Shown: positions 41,172-56,109 of the stretch, piece by piece | Position numbering within the stretch: position 1 is the stretch's first letter | Layout: every line of letters begins with the position of its first letter | DNA from: Octopus vulgaris | Taxonomy: Eukaryota | Direction of reading: 5' to 3' | NCBI GenBank assembly: GCA_951406725.2 | Contig: OX597836.1 | Coordinates: 18,600,001 to 18,664,000 of the forward strand | DNA: 64,000 bases | Notes under the pieces: generated by a model | Told to the model about the DNA's origin: nothing | The model's input: the letters and a program-made list of their open reading frames with translations, nothing else | The model's database searches: none | Made by a program: the position numbers and the translations under genes

Positions 41172-41312
41172 TTAGGTTGTCCCAAAAGTTCGTAAACACT
41201 TGCGAAAATTGAATTTTTACTCGCCAAGTACTAACAAAAACAACAAAAATTATTCCTCAAAATAAAGACCATTATTTTCCAAGACTTTCTACGAACTTTT
41301 GGGACAACCTTA
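41172..41312. mobile_element. 141-bp mariner-type MITE
   Basis: TIRs TTAGGTTGTCCCAAAAGTTCGTA / TACGAACTTTTGGGACAACCTTA, TA on both flanks. Confidence 0.88.
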
Positions 41313-41363
41313 TAATTGTGAACACCCACACTCTCCGAGAAGTGTATAGTTTAAAATAGGAGA

Positions 41364-42110
41364 TGTTGGAGAGTGAACTGTCACACCCGCACGTAAATGT
41401 CAATGGACTGGACGAGCCTTATAAATATATAAGTGAGTAGACAGTTCAGGTCGAACTGTGAGAGCGTAAGTCTCGTTAATGAGCCTACGGTTGAGTATTG
41501 TATTGTTATTGCACGAACAGTTACACTAAGATAACCAATAACCATCTCTTATTACATTGCTTATTGCTAAACGGTTATATTTGTCACTATGATATATTAT
41601 TATACGTGGAGGCGCAATGGCCCAGTGGTTAGGGCAGCGGACTCGCGGTCGTAGGATCGCGGTTTCGATTCCAAGACCGGGCGTTGTGAGTGTTTATTGA
41701 GCGAAAACACCTAAAAGCTCCACGAGGCTCCGGCAGGGGACGGTGGTGATCCCTGCTGTACTCTTTCACCACAACTTTCTCTCTCACTCTTACTTCCTGT
41801 TTCTGTTGTACCTGTATTTCAAAGGGCCGGCCTTGTCACTCTCTGTGTCACGCTGAATATCCCCGAGAACTACGTTATGGGTACACGTGTCTGTGGAGTG
41901 CTCAGCTACTTACACGTTAATTTCATGAGCAGGCTGTTCCGTTGATTCGGATCAACCGGAACCCTCGTCGTCGTAACCGACGGAGTGCTTCCATTCCACA
42001 CTAACATAACCAATAACCATGTCTTATTACATTGCTTATTGCTATACGATTATATCTGTTACTGTGATATATCGTGACACACATCATATATCGTCACTGA
42101 CGATATAACA
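41364..42110 (+). mobile_element. Probable 3' LTR of the Gypsy element, interrupted by a SINE
   Basis: Purine-rich AAAATAGGAGA then TGTT...AACA termini, TATAAAT near 41420; an alternative start at TGT 41145 cannot be excluded. Confidence 0.5.
41606..41997 (+). mobile_element. SINE family A, full length, tail type 1
   Basis: Close match to the reverse complement of 1934-2323. Confidence 0.92.
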
Positions 42111-42762
42111 GTTGACTATAGAGCAATTATTATTATTTGTATTATTATTATTACTATTATTAATATCAATTATATAATTATCTTTCTTCTCTCTTTTCTC
42201 TATCGCTGCTGCTGCTGTTGCCGTGTGATTAGGTGAGTATTCTTAATAAACCTGACGTTTTTTCTATGATTTATTACCTCAATCACTGTCAGTTCTTTCT
42301 ATGCATATGTCGCTGCGGCTATAATGGACTGTATATGTGGTTGTGTGTATGAGTGTGTGTGCGCTTGCGTGCGTGCATGCGTGTGTGTGTGTGTGTATGT
42401 ATGCTTTTGTGAGTCAATGTGCGCATGCGTTTCCATTTTCATATGCATCCTTGTCGCACGCTCTTCCATATATGTGTGTGTGTGTGTGTGTGTATCTATG
42501 ATTGTGTGTGTATACGTATCCAGATTTAATTATATGTACCTGTGCGTATGTGTATGTATTCACATGTATCGCTATATATATATATATATGCTTGTCTGTG
42601 TCTTTGTGTGTATGTGTGCATGTTTGTGTGTGTGTGTGTGTGTGTGTATGTGTGTCTATTATTTATGTTTGTAGATTTTGTTTATGACGGTGAATAGCAA
42701 CGTCTACAATAGGAAAAGAAATTACTTGCATGCTCATGCATCTCTCTCTCTCTCTCTTTCTT

Positions 42763-42807
<45 letters not shown>

Positions 42808-42898
42808 TTATATACATATATATACATATATATATGTATATATACATAAGTATATATATATATATGTACATGTATATATATGTATATGTATATATATG

Positions 42899-42932
<34 letters not shown>

Positions 42933-43011
42933 TATGTATATAAATATGTGTATATAGATATATATATATATCTGTTTGTATATGTGTGCATAAATATGTG
43001 TATATATATAT

Positions 43012-43058
<47 letters not shown>

Positions 43059-43834
43059 ATATATTTTTATATATCAGTGTACTTATATGTATATATGTGT
43101 GTGTTTATACATATATATATATATATATATATATGAATACATGTGTATGTATGTACGTATGTATGGTATGTATGAAGCAGTGTGGACGGGCATTCGTGTG
43201 GTGGCTGCTGTTACAGAAAAATTGAATTAAATTGAACCAAATTTATTGCCATAGAACTACACGAACTGTTAAAGACAAATGGGATAATATGATTGGTTGA
43301 CAAGGAATGGTTTAGAAAACAGTTTATAAGATTCATTTATAAACGTAATTCGTTGATTCACAACTGTCAAATACCAAAATCAAACTGTTTTATTCCTGTT
43401 TTCTATCTACGAGAACATTCGCCGAATTGGCTTCTGTATATATATTTATTTACTTGTATTTAATGATATCTTTTTTTTCTTCTGTTTTTTTCTTCTGTTT
43501 TTTTGTTCTTTTTTTTTTTGCTATTTTATTTATTGGTCATCTTTGCTTTTATTCGGATGCTTTTGTATAATTATTTTAGCATAGTTATTTTATACATTTA
43601 TTTGCTTATTTGTATTTATTTTGGGGGGGAAATTTTCCAGTATGATTTTGTTTGTTTTTTTATTTCTATTTTGGGGGGTTTGTTATTAGATATTAAACAA
43701 AATGTAACGGATGATAAGCATATAGTGATATGATGTTAATACGCTAATGGTGATAAATCTCTTTAAAAATCGGAGGAGAGGCGGAGGAAGAAAAGAAGGA
43801 GGTGGGGCAAAAGGAGGTGGGGCAAAAGGAGGAA

Positions 43835-44052
43835 GTGTATATAATATATTGTTCTGGTGTTAGTGTATGAATACATAAATGTGTACATAAATATATTACA
43901 TGCAAATATATCTACGTTTGCTCATACGTATACATGTATATAGTGTATATAATATATTGTTCTGGTGTTAGTGTATGAATACATAAATGTGTACATAAAT
44001 ATATTACATGCAAATATATCTACGTTTGCTCATACGTATACATGTATATAGT
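43835..44052. repeat. 108-bp exact tandem duplication
   Basis: GTGTATATAATATATTGTTCTGGTGTTAG... at 43835 and 43943. Confidence 0.9.
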
Positions 44053-44055
44053 CAT

Positions 44056-45062
44056 ATGGACATACATACATGCATATATAAACATATATATTCATACATA
44101 TTCGTTTGTATAAACTTGCTTCCAAAAATACATACAGGCCAAAACACACACTCTCACACATACATACATGGATATATAAACATATACATATTCGTACATA
44201 TTCGTATGTATACACTTGCTTCCAAAAATACATACATGCCAAAACACACACTCTCACACATACATACATGGATATATAAACATATACATATTCGTACATA
44301 TTCGTTTGTATAAACTTGCTTCCAAAAATACATACATGCCAAAACACACACTCTCACACATACATACATGGATATATAAACATATACATATTCGTACATA
44401 TTCGTATGTATACACTTGCTTCCAAAAATACATACATGCCAAAACACACACTCTCACACATACATACATGGATATATAAACATATACATATTCGTACATA
44501 TTCGTTTGTATATACTTGCTTCCAAAAATACATACAGGCCAAAACACACACTCTCACACATACATACATGGATATATAAACATATACATATTCGTACATA
44601 TTCGTTTGTATATACTTGCTTCCAAAAATACATACATGCCAAAACACACACTCTCACACATACATACATGGATATATAAACATATACATATTCGTACATA
44701 TTCGTATGTATACACTTGCTTCCAAAAATACATACATGCCAAAACACACACTCTCACACATACATACATGGATATATAAACATATACATATTCGTACATA
44801 TTCGTATGTATACACTTGCTTCCAAAAATACGTACAGACCAAAACACACACTCTCACACATACATACATGGATATATAAACATATACATATTCGTACATA
44901 TTCGTATGTATACACTTGCTTCCAAAAATACATACATGCCAACACACACACCCTCACACATACATACATGCATATATAAACATATACATATTCATACATA
45001 TTCGAATGCATATACTTGCTTCCAAAAATACATACATGCTAACACACACACTCTCGCACATA
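44056..45062. repeat. Minisatellite, 100-bp unit, about 10 copies
   Basis: ACTTGCTTCCAAAAATAC recurs every 100 bp from ~44114 to ~45014. Confidence 0.97.
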
Positions 45063-45349
45063 TATACATAAACACATGCATATATGCCCACAGACATATA
45101 TGTATACACACCCATACATGCATAAATGCATATGGACACATAAGTACCTGCACGCTTCTCATATTTCGCAATTATGGGTAAACGTTATCAATTAAAATGC
45201 TAAAACCGACTTATATGTCATGTGTTCCTGTACAAATGAGGTGAGTCCATTTATTAGAGGGTTGTTAGGTTGTAACAAAATTGTAAGAGATCAACTAGAG
45301 ACCATTCCTCAACGACCCTGACTGAAATAATGCATGGAGATAATACACT

Positions 45350-45640
45350 ATTCTTTTATTACTTTTACACGTTTCAGTTATTTGCTGCCATGCTGGAGCA
45401 CCGCCCTAAAGCGTTTTTTAGTCTGAGAAATCGACCCCAGGACATATTTTTGTTTTAAATCGAGTACTTGTTCTATCGATCTCGTTTACATGGATGCAAT
45501 CAGACCAATACTCGTCCAGCAGCAGTGACGATAAAAACAAACACAAAGGCAAATGCACACACACCCACACACACATACACACACACACACACACACGCAA
45601 GCGCACACATATATTCCGTCTACGAAATCCACTCACAATG
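45350..45640 (-). mobile_element. SINE family C, partial
   Basis: GCCATGCTGGAGCACCGCC...AAATCGACCCCAGGAC...TTCCGTCTACGAAATCCACTCACAA. Confidence 0.75.
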
Positions 45641-46560
45641 ATTATTTTATTTTATTTCTTTATTATTTTATAATTAGCCTTTATTTATTTATAAAATTAA
45701 TCTAATTTTTGTATCTCTATAAATACATATTTAGCTTATATAAAACTATATTGGTATATTCACTACTTATAAAAAAAATACTGCTTAGATTATAATTTTA
45801 TCAATATATAATTAGCATGTTCCTTTACCTCAATATTCCTTTATTAATACCAGTATATACCTATTTATCAATATTCACAAATACCATCTGATGAGTTAGT
45901 ATTTAAGTGTACAATATGTATAAATATTAAACTATTTCTGGATAATTTCTTTTCTTCCCTCTTTTGTGGTAAAAGTTTGGTATATACTCAAATGTATTCA
46001 TAAATTACTATCCTTTTCTTATGATATTCTTCTTAATAATCTTCTGAATAACCCTAAACTTTAACTGTATACGATATAGCAACATTGTTTAAAATATTTA
46101 ACTATAGTACTACATGATAAGACTTCTCCTGTTTCATTATCAATGGTCTGCTAGTGGGCGACCCCTATAATTGTCTGCTAACATCTTGTTTTTAGTTTTC
46201 CTTTACCAACCCTCATGATATTGCTTCTAATAAATCTTGATTTTTTTTATGTCTATACCAACTATGATGTCTGCCTGCTCCCTCAGCCCTACCCGTAACA
46301 GATACTGCCCTCTGTTGTCTCAGCCTTAGATATACAAGGGGTTTGATAAACCAGTCTATAAATTTAAACTGACCCCATAAAAACAAAAAAATCGATGACA
46401 GACAGAGTCTGTAACAATGTATATCTTCTTGAAAACTTAGTAACTTCTCTGCTGGAGTGAGACAGCATGTTATTTGTCTACCTCCTTAACTTCTTGGAGA
46501 TTGTAAGTATAATTACACTAATGTGTCCATCTGTTCTAATTTAATCAAATTCTGTCTTTG

Positions 46561-46647
46561 TGCAGCTGAAGATTGCTCTGTATTTTAGATCGATGTAATG
46601 ATTGCATTGTTCAATTAAATGGAGTTGCATGAAACGATCGTACTGCA
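46561..46647 (+). ncRNA. Type I hammerhead ribozyme motif
   Basis: TGCAG-CTGAAGA-TTGC...GCAT-GAAA-CGATCG-TA-CTGCA: 5-bp stem I, palindromic stem III, GUA triplet, long stem II. Confidence 0.75.
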
Positions 46648-46686
46648 TTACCTCTGGATATTCTTGTTGGTATTTTGATATATATG

Positions 46687-46738
<52 letters not shown>

Positions 46739-47135
46739 CATATATACACAAATGCACACACACACATGTGAGTATGCATATATGTATAATATACATACCC
46801 ATAAATAAAATTACTAATACATAATAATAAGCATTATTATACATATTCATGGTGTATATATTATACATATTTATGTAGATGCTTATTTACATCCATACAC
46901 AAATATATATATGCGTATATAAACGTACACACACACACGTATCACATATGTATGTATGTATGTATGTGCATAGGCATGCATGTATGTACATGTGTGCGTG
47001 CGTGCTAATGTATATTCTTGTATTCATGCACATACGCGCACAACTACACATACAAGCGAACGCTCTTAACCTACCTACCTATGTATATACATACGCACAT
47101 CAAAGATTCACTATAAACAATAATTATATATTTCC

Positions 47136-47149
47136 GTTTCCATGGCAAC
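47136..47149. promoter_or_regulatory. RFX X-box motif
   Basis: GTTTCCATGGCAAC matches the palindromic RFX consensus; function untested. Confidence 0.35.
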
Positions 47150-48162
47150 AAAAATTATGCCAATTGCTATTGATTACAAAATATCTTTCTGTAATTGTGT
47201 GTTGTCGTTGTTGTTGTTGTTGCTGTGTCTAAACATTTTGTCCATTAATGTTGTTGCTGCAGTTACATGGATGGCTTAGTTTTTGTTGTTGTTGTTATTG
47301 TTGTTGTTAGTGGTGGTGGTGGTGGTGGTTGTAGTGGTGATGGTGGCGTTAGATTATTTTTTATGTAGTTTTTTGGGTGGTGGTGGTGGTGATGTGCTGG
47401 TGACGGTGGTGGTAGTGGTGGATTTTTTTGCTTGTGTGTTGGTGGTGATGGTGGTGATGACGCTGGTAGTGATTGTAGTGGTGGTGGCTTCGTTGATGGT
47501 GGCAGTAGTGGCGGTTGTGGTATCGGTGGTGGTGTTACTAGTGGTGGTGATGTGTTGCTTGTTATAGTGGTAGTTGTGGTGGTGGGAGTGGCTCTAATGG
47601 TTCTTGTTTATTGTTGGTGTGGTGGTGGAAGTGTGTTGGTGGTCATCAAACTGATTTGTATTTTATGGTCATTATAATCATTACAGTCGTCGGTTGATGG
47701 TCATTCTAATAGTATTGGTAGCGGCCATAGGAATGGCGAGGATTGTAGTGGTAGCTGTGTCTGTGGTGGTGGTGATGGTGCTGTTGGTCATGGTGGTGGT
47801 TATGGTAAATATGGTGGCGGCGATGGTGTTTTATCACGGTCAGTACAACGACCTTAACAGCTAACATTGCCACCAACAACAACACTAGACACGTGTGGAG
47901 ATTGCATCGAATAACCATCTAGAAGAATAACCATCTAGAAGTGTTCTCCTTGGGTTCAAATGCTAGAAACGTCGGTTCCTACGGAACAGCCATGTTGGAA
48001 AGGCGTTAAACATAACTGATATATATGTATGTATGTATATATATAAATATATATATACATATTAGAGGGAAACCACTATGTGGACACCTTTATGCTAGAA
48101 ATAGATCCGCTATGGTCTTACAACTAAGAAATTTAGCGAAACAACCAAAATGTAATATAACG

Positions 48163-48210
<48 letters not shown>

Positions 48211-48273
48211 CTCTTCCACACTATATATATGTGCATATGCATACATACATACATACATGCATACATACATACA

Positions 48274-48307
<34 letters not shown>

Positions 48308-48700
48308 CACACACACACACATACATACATACATACATGCATACATACATACGTTCATTTAAAGAGCTGCCAATGTCGGCCTCTGCCATTATGCGAGGAG
48401 CTGTTCACATGCGTGACATTATACCCAGCTAACATTCACCTTAACATATTCACTCAGCACATTTACGAGTGAAAAAAAAGCTTTAAACCTATTTAAAAGT
48501 TGCATCAATCAATACACACTATTGGCCATATTACTGTATTATTCAACCCAATAGAATGTTAATAATGTGTTCCTTTCTTCTCCAATTTTTTTTCTTTTGG
48601 CTACGGTGCGTCCATATTTGTAAACCTATACAAAACGAATACAGATATATCTATATATATACGTACGAACACATATGCGCTTATGCACAGCTCAAAAAAA

Positions 48701-48904
48701 ATTCTATGCATGCATGTGTGTATGTATGTGCGTATTATTTATAGCCATACGTCATTATATACACACATAATACATACATACATGTATAATATATATATAT
48801 ATATATATATAAGTATGTCAAAGTACATTCTATGCATGCATGTGTGCGTGTATATTATTTATAGACATACGTCATTACATATACACATAATAGATACATA
48901 TATG

Positions 48905-48940
<36 letters not shown>
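48701..48940. repeat. ~126-bp diverged tandem duplication
   Basis: ATTCTATGCATGCATGTGTG...TATTATTTATAG.CATACGTCATTA at 48701 and 48827. Confidence 0.75.
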
Positions 48941-48943
<3 letters not shown>

Positions 48944-48992
48944 GATAAATCTCAGAGCAAGTTACTGTTTATAACTACATATATGCATCACG

Positions 48993-49028
<36 letters not shown>

Positions 49029-49367
49029 TGTATGTATACTCACATGCATGGTCAAAGTGCATACAAATGCACACACTGAAACACACACATACATATAGTA
49101 TATATTAGATTATCATTGTAATCGATCAAACAATAAAGGGTACGGATAATAATAATAATGAAGATGGGAAGAAAAGCGGTGGGATTTCTTTTCAATAGGC
49201 AGCTTATATTGTCAGTGCTTAGATTGCGAGATTTGGGCAGAATGCAAGGGTATAGCAATCGCTGATGTGTTTATATGTAAACACATGCACACACATATAC
49301 ATACACACATATACACACCCAATGCCTGTGCGTACAATCGCATGCACAAAGACACATATGTATATTA

Positions 49368-49444
<77 letters not shown>

Positions 49445-49481
49445 ATTATTATTGTTGTTGTTTTTGTTGTTATTATTATTA

Positions 49482-49541
<60 letters not shown>

Positions 49542-50643
49542 GTGTGTATCTCTCTCTCCCTCTCTCTCTCTCTCTCTATATATATATACGTGTGTGTGTA
49601 TGTATGTATGCATGCATGTATGTATGTATGTATATATGTATGTATACACGAATATGTATATACACATATGTACACCAAGAGAGAGAGCAAGAGTGAGAGA
49701 ATGAAGTATTTGAATTGGACATATTTGCACACACATTTATACATATATATACATACATGTACACATACACACACACATACACACACACATACACACACAC
49801 ATACACACACACACACACACATATATATATACATATATATATGTTCATGCGTACATCAGCACATACATATGTATATACATTCACATGCATACATGCATGT
49901 ACATACATTCGTGCATACATTCGTACTGAGTTTTAATACGTATGTGCATGCATATTCATTCATATACACACACATATGCACATGCATACATTCACACATG
50001 CGTATATACATAAACGCGTAGGCATTGACATGCATACAAAACCTCATAGAATCATTGTGAGCGAATGACGAGGGAGTTTGTATTGTAATGCGTTGTGCTG
50101 CAACGGTATAACGGAGAAAAGAGGAACAAATGATGACCGCGGCAGTGGTAGGAGAGGATGCGATTGTCATGAGATGACAAGGTGTTGTTTAGGAGAGTAC
50201 ACACACATACTCACTTACTGCTATATATTTATACAGACACGCACATACCATTTCCATCCTTGCTTTAGCTCAGGCGCTCGAACTTTTTTGTCAATCCAGC
50301 TTTTATTACAGCCTTATCGTATTCATTTACATGAACTGCAAATCACGTGACGTTTGCTTTTGCAGGGGTGTATTGTTAGCTCTGCCTTTCTTCCTCTCCT
50401 TTCACTTGTACGCTGTTCTTCTCACCTTCTCTCTTTCCCTCCCTCTTTATGTGTGTGTGTGTATATATATATATATACATGTGTGTGTGTATGTGTGTGT
50501 GTTCATTTTTCTGTGTAGCTACATTTTGATTTCCTTTGTTGTGTTCCCATACTTCTCGATTTTTTCAACTATTGAAGTGATTATCATCATCATCATCATC
50601 ATCATTATTCTTCTTCTACTTCTTCTTCTTCTTCTTCTTCTTC

Positions 50644-50704
<61 letters not shown>

Positions 50705-50750
50705 TATTATTATTATCATTATTATTATTATTATCATTATTATTATTATT

Positions 50751-51705
<955 letters not shown>

Positions 51706-51749
51706 ACGATATATACATGTGCATGTGTGTGTATGTGTGTGTGTGTGTG

Positions 51750-51940
51750 TGTGTTTGGTCCCCCAACATCGCTTGACAATCGATGATTCTGTGTTTGCGT
51801 CCTGTAACTTAGCGGTTTGGCAACGGAGATGTATAGAATAAGTTCTAGGCTTACAAAGCATAAATCTTGTGGTCGATTTGCTCCACTAAATGCGGTACTC
51901 CAGCATGGCCGCAGTGAAATATCTCAAACAAATAAAAGAT
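51750..51940 (+). mobile_element. SINE family C, 3' half
   Basis: GCTTGACAATCGATG...GTAACTTAGCGGTTTGGCAA...CTCCAGCATGGCCGCAGT. Confidence 0.8.
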
Positions 51941-51957
51941 ATATATGCGCCTATATA

Positions 51958-51999
<42 letters not shown>

Positions 52000-52032
52000 C
52001 GTGTCTATATATATATATGTGTGTGTATATAT

Positions 52033-52079
<47 letters not shown>

Positions 52080-52976
52080 CAGAAGGTGTGCGGTAGAGAG
52101 AGGGGAAGGAGAGATTGACAGAGACAGAGAATTGCTGAGAGTCGGAGAAAGAGTAATAATTGCAAAGAAACGTCAAGGTCTGTGTCGCAATCTTCTACTC
52201 TTTCGTTTTTATTAAACATTCAGATATTAGATTCTCAATTTCGTTGTCAGTTTGCAGACGACACATTGTTTTTGCTGTTTTATTACTTATTTTGATTAGT
52301 TTATTTGACTTTTTCATTGTAATTTTCCTCATTTTTTTTGATATTTGTACGATTTATTTTTACCTTCATTTTTTTGAAATATATAAATATATTATCGTTG
52401 CTTCTATTATATTGGAGAAAAGATACGATTTACAGATTCAATCAAAACATGCAGCTTTTCTACCTCTACTACTTTTCCTTACGAACATGAGTACCACGAT
52501 GTTTCGTACACTTATAAAATATTTTGGGGATCCCGGATCACCTACAGAGATAGCGAACATGACTATCACGCTGGCGATCTGTGCTTTGCATATTATCATT
52601 GGCACGGCATCTTTTCCATTTGATAGATCAAGACATGTGACTCTGAAATGGGACAATACTCGTTTATATATCCACCTAGCGGGAAAAACAAGTATAAAGA
52701 ATAGTTGAAAGTAATTGCTGTATGCAGACATAAGCATTTATAGTTTTTTCTTTCACGAATAATTTCCTCTTCCTTATTCTCTGTCTATGCTTATCTCCCA
52801 CTCTCCTTCTCCCACTCTCTCTTTCTCTCACTCTCTCTCTCTCTCTTCCCCCTCTTTCTCTCTCTCACTCCTCTGATGAAGGACTACCGTTTAACACGTT
52901 ACACCGGATAAAAGTCTTAAACTAATGCCGTGTACCTATTGTGACGTCATTAGTCATTGTTCACGCATTTATACAA

Positions 52977-53019
<43 letters not shown>

Positions 53020-53021
53020 TC

Positions 53022-53065
<44 letters not shown>

Positions 53066-53325
53066 AGCTTAGAGAAGAAGAAGAAGAAACGAAACCAAAC
53101 CAAACGAATCGAATCGACGCGAAGGCGCTCAGTCATACAATAGTGTAATAAATAAAATATATGCATACATACAAACATATATGTACGTACCTACATCTAC
53201 ATGTATATATACATGCATATATAAATATATATACGTGTGTACAGGACACCACAAACAGACATAGAACTCAACGAGAAACGAAAACGTAAAAACAGTATGG
53301 AATATATATATATGTGTGTGTCAGA

Positions 53326-53440
53326 AGGCGAGCTGGCGCGCCGGGCGAAATGCTTAGCGGTATTTCGTCTGTCGCTACGTTCTGAGTTCAAATATCGCCG
53401 AGGTCGATTTTGTCTTTCATCCTTTCGGGGTCGATAAATA
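53326..53440 (+). mobile_element. SINE family B, truncated
   Basis: Head and conserved domain present, tail missing. Confidence 0.85.
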
Positions 53441-53674
53441 AAATCGTAAGAAAATAGGGATTTTCATAGAAAAAAAGCACCTTTTTGATGTAAATAATTT
53501 TTGGTGTTAACATGGTCCGATTTGAATTTTTCTTGTACGGAAGGAAGAGCAAGCCTTCTTCTATCATACTCTCAATTTTGGTCAACTTGCACCTCAGGGT
53601 CTCGGAGGCGATAGTGTTAGTCGAAGGCTACCAAACCTGCCATACACAGACAACTTCAGCTTTATATATAGAGA
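53441..53674 (-). mobile_element. Possible non-autonomous Helitron-like 5' fragment
   Basis: Minus strand begins TCTATATATAAAGCTGAAGTTGTCTGTGT, resembling invertebrate Helitron 5' ends; 3' CTAG end not found. Confidence 0.3.
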
Positions 53675-53759
53675 GAGATATGTAACACGTCACTTCATGT
53701 GTCTCTGTATTGTCTCACTGATCCTTCGCCCTGAAAGCACATAAAAGAAATTATCATCA

Positions 53760-53805
<46 letters not shown>

Positions 53806-54362
53806 GAGTGAGAGAGCAGTGCATGCCATCAAAGTGACACTGGGGTAAAATATACGAAGCCCAGTATACCCATCATGACTACCCGTCTGATAAGGGTACA
53901 CTAGGCACATGCATCACAACCATATGTGCAGGACATGGTGATCTCATATCAAGATAAACAGCACATGACCTTGCAGGTGGGACCCAGTTAGAATTTTCTT
54001 CAGGTCGAGTAACCCATCCCAATCGAAAGGTCCATGAATAAGGGTTGTTTAAGGATGTTGAACGAAACAGCCATGTTTCCAGAGGTGAATTATTCAAGCC
54101 CCAAAGAATCCCTCTCAACACACGGCTATGATGCTCCCCCACTACTTCTGCTCGTGATCGGAGATGCACATATCGCCAGCCACTAAGGGACATGCTCAAC
54201 TGGTTAAGATCAAACAACTAACAAGCAAATCTGTGGTATTGAGCAGAATATTTTCTGTAGCCCATCTTTTATACCAAGACAAAACAATGTACATGATAAC
54301 ACTTCCAATCAGTTAAGATCAGAAGCCATGAGAGCCACTGCCTGGCACTGCATCAGGGCATT
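53806..54362 (-). mobile_element. 557-bp non-coding element embedded in (TAA)n, copy 2
   Basis: GAGTGAGAGAGCAGT...CTGCATCAGGGCATTT between (ATT)n tracts. Confidence 0.85.
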
Positions 54363-54373
54363 TATTATTATTA

Positions 54374-54434
<61 letters not shown>

Positions 54435-54439
54435 CATCG

Positions 54440-54487
<48 letters not shown>

Positions 54488-54790
54488 CACTTACCATCAC
54501 TTTTATTACTACTCCTCCTACTACTATTTATATTATGAGTTTTATGTCTGTAATATACGTCCTCTGTCTTTCAGATATCTGGCACACATATATATTTTGT
54601 GCATAGTGAAGCTGTCATAACAAAGAAACACCAATTGATTCTTCACCGAGTTTTTTTCTTCTCATTTTTATGTCAAAAGCAAATAATTTATTTATTGCTG
54701 CACTACATATAACACATGACCAAATTATAACTATATAATACACACAAGCCATACTTACACGGAGGATACAGATATATATACGGACACACA

Positions 54791-54837
<47 letters not shown>

Positions 54838-54992
54838 GTGTGTGTGTGTGTATGAACATATACATATATTCTTACACATGCATGTATATATGTGTAGGTG
54901 TGTGTTTATACTTGTGTATATATTATTTATATATTCACATACTTATATAGTATTTAGTAACATATATATATGTGTGTGTGTATATGTATATA

Positions 54993-55056
<64 letters not shown>

Positions 55057-55057
<1 letters not shown>

Positions 55058-55168
55058 TTTATTTAAAGCAGCAGAAAATTCAACAAAATCTGTTACTCTG
55101 AGTTTCTCGTTGCCGTTCATCAGACAGTTTTTTCCACCTTGTTTCACATTTATGTGTTTACTCCGGTA
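55057..55168 (-). mobile_element. Hammerhead-bearing short element, family X (motif at 55085-55132)
   Basis: Same motif as 37873-37920 on the minus strand; (TA)n flanks; internal deletion relative to the 14755 copy. Confidence 0.75.
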
Positions 55169-55888
55169 TATATATATATATTTGCTCTTGTAAATTATTT
55201 CTCGTCTGTCTCGACTTCCTATACCTTCGTAGACCGCGTGTTCAACTGTTCGAATGGATCCAGCAGGGAGTTAAATAATTCGACGAGTAAATACAGCTGT
55301 ATGAACAGTAAATTTTAAATGGAAATAATCCCTTGAGCCCCGTTACATTGCGCGCTGAATAGAGCACTTGCTAATCTATTTCTATCCAATCAAATCATTG
55401 GTTATCATTTACTGCATACGTAAGAATGAAGGATTAAAGAATCGCAGAGAACGTTTCGATTTCCTCCCACAAGTATTCCATTTTAATGTCGTTTTTACAT
55501 TAGCAATGAGGGACAGGGAATACACGGGCATCTGTGTGTATATATGTGTTTGTGTGTGTGTGTTTGTGTGTACACATTCAAATGCCTGTGCATATAGATA
55601 TATGTATGTAGATAGGTAAAAATAGTAATGATAGTGTATACACACATATGTACGTATGTATTACGTATGAATATATTTTCGTATGTATGAACTGCTTAAA
55701 TATGAATACAGATGCACACACATGGACGCACGTGTAGACACAAACACAGATGTGTGCATGTGTATGACACAGAGCATAAATGTGTGTGTATGTGTTATTA
55801 TTATTATATATATATATATATATATTGACAAAAATGCTAAGACAACAAAAGATATATATATTCGTGTAAGTATATGTATGTATAAATG

Positions 55889-55954
<66 letters not shown>

Positions 55955-56053
55955 AAGCATACATAAGGGAACAAGGTGTACGTTACGCCACAATAATATA
56001 GGTATAAAAATTATATATAAAGAAACAAGAACGTGAAATACACAAAGGGACGA

Positions 56054-56109
<56 letters not shown>

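Noticed and set aside
41606-41680. tRNA gene
   Set aside because: The tRNA-like sequence continues into a SINE body found in five copies; it is a SINE head
44056-45062. CRISPR-like regular array
   Set aside because: Whole units are identical with no unique spacers, there are no cas genes, and the context is eukaryotic
52160-52708. 182-aa hydrophobic ORF
   Set aside because: Non-ATG start, hydrophobicity explained by T-rich sequence, no recognisable motif
52869-52930. CTGATGAAGGACT...AGTCT hammerhead-like start
   Set aside because: GAAA box and stem III are missing
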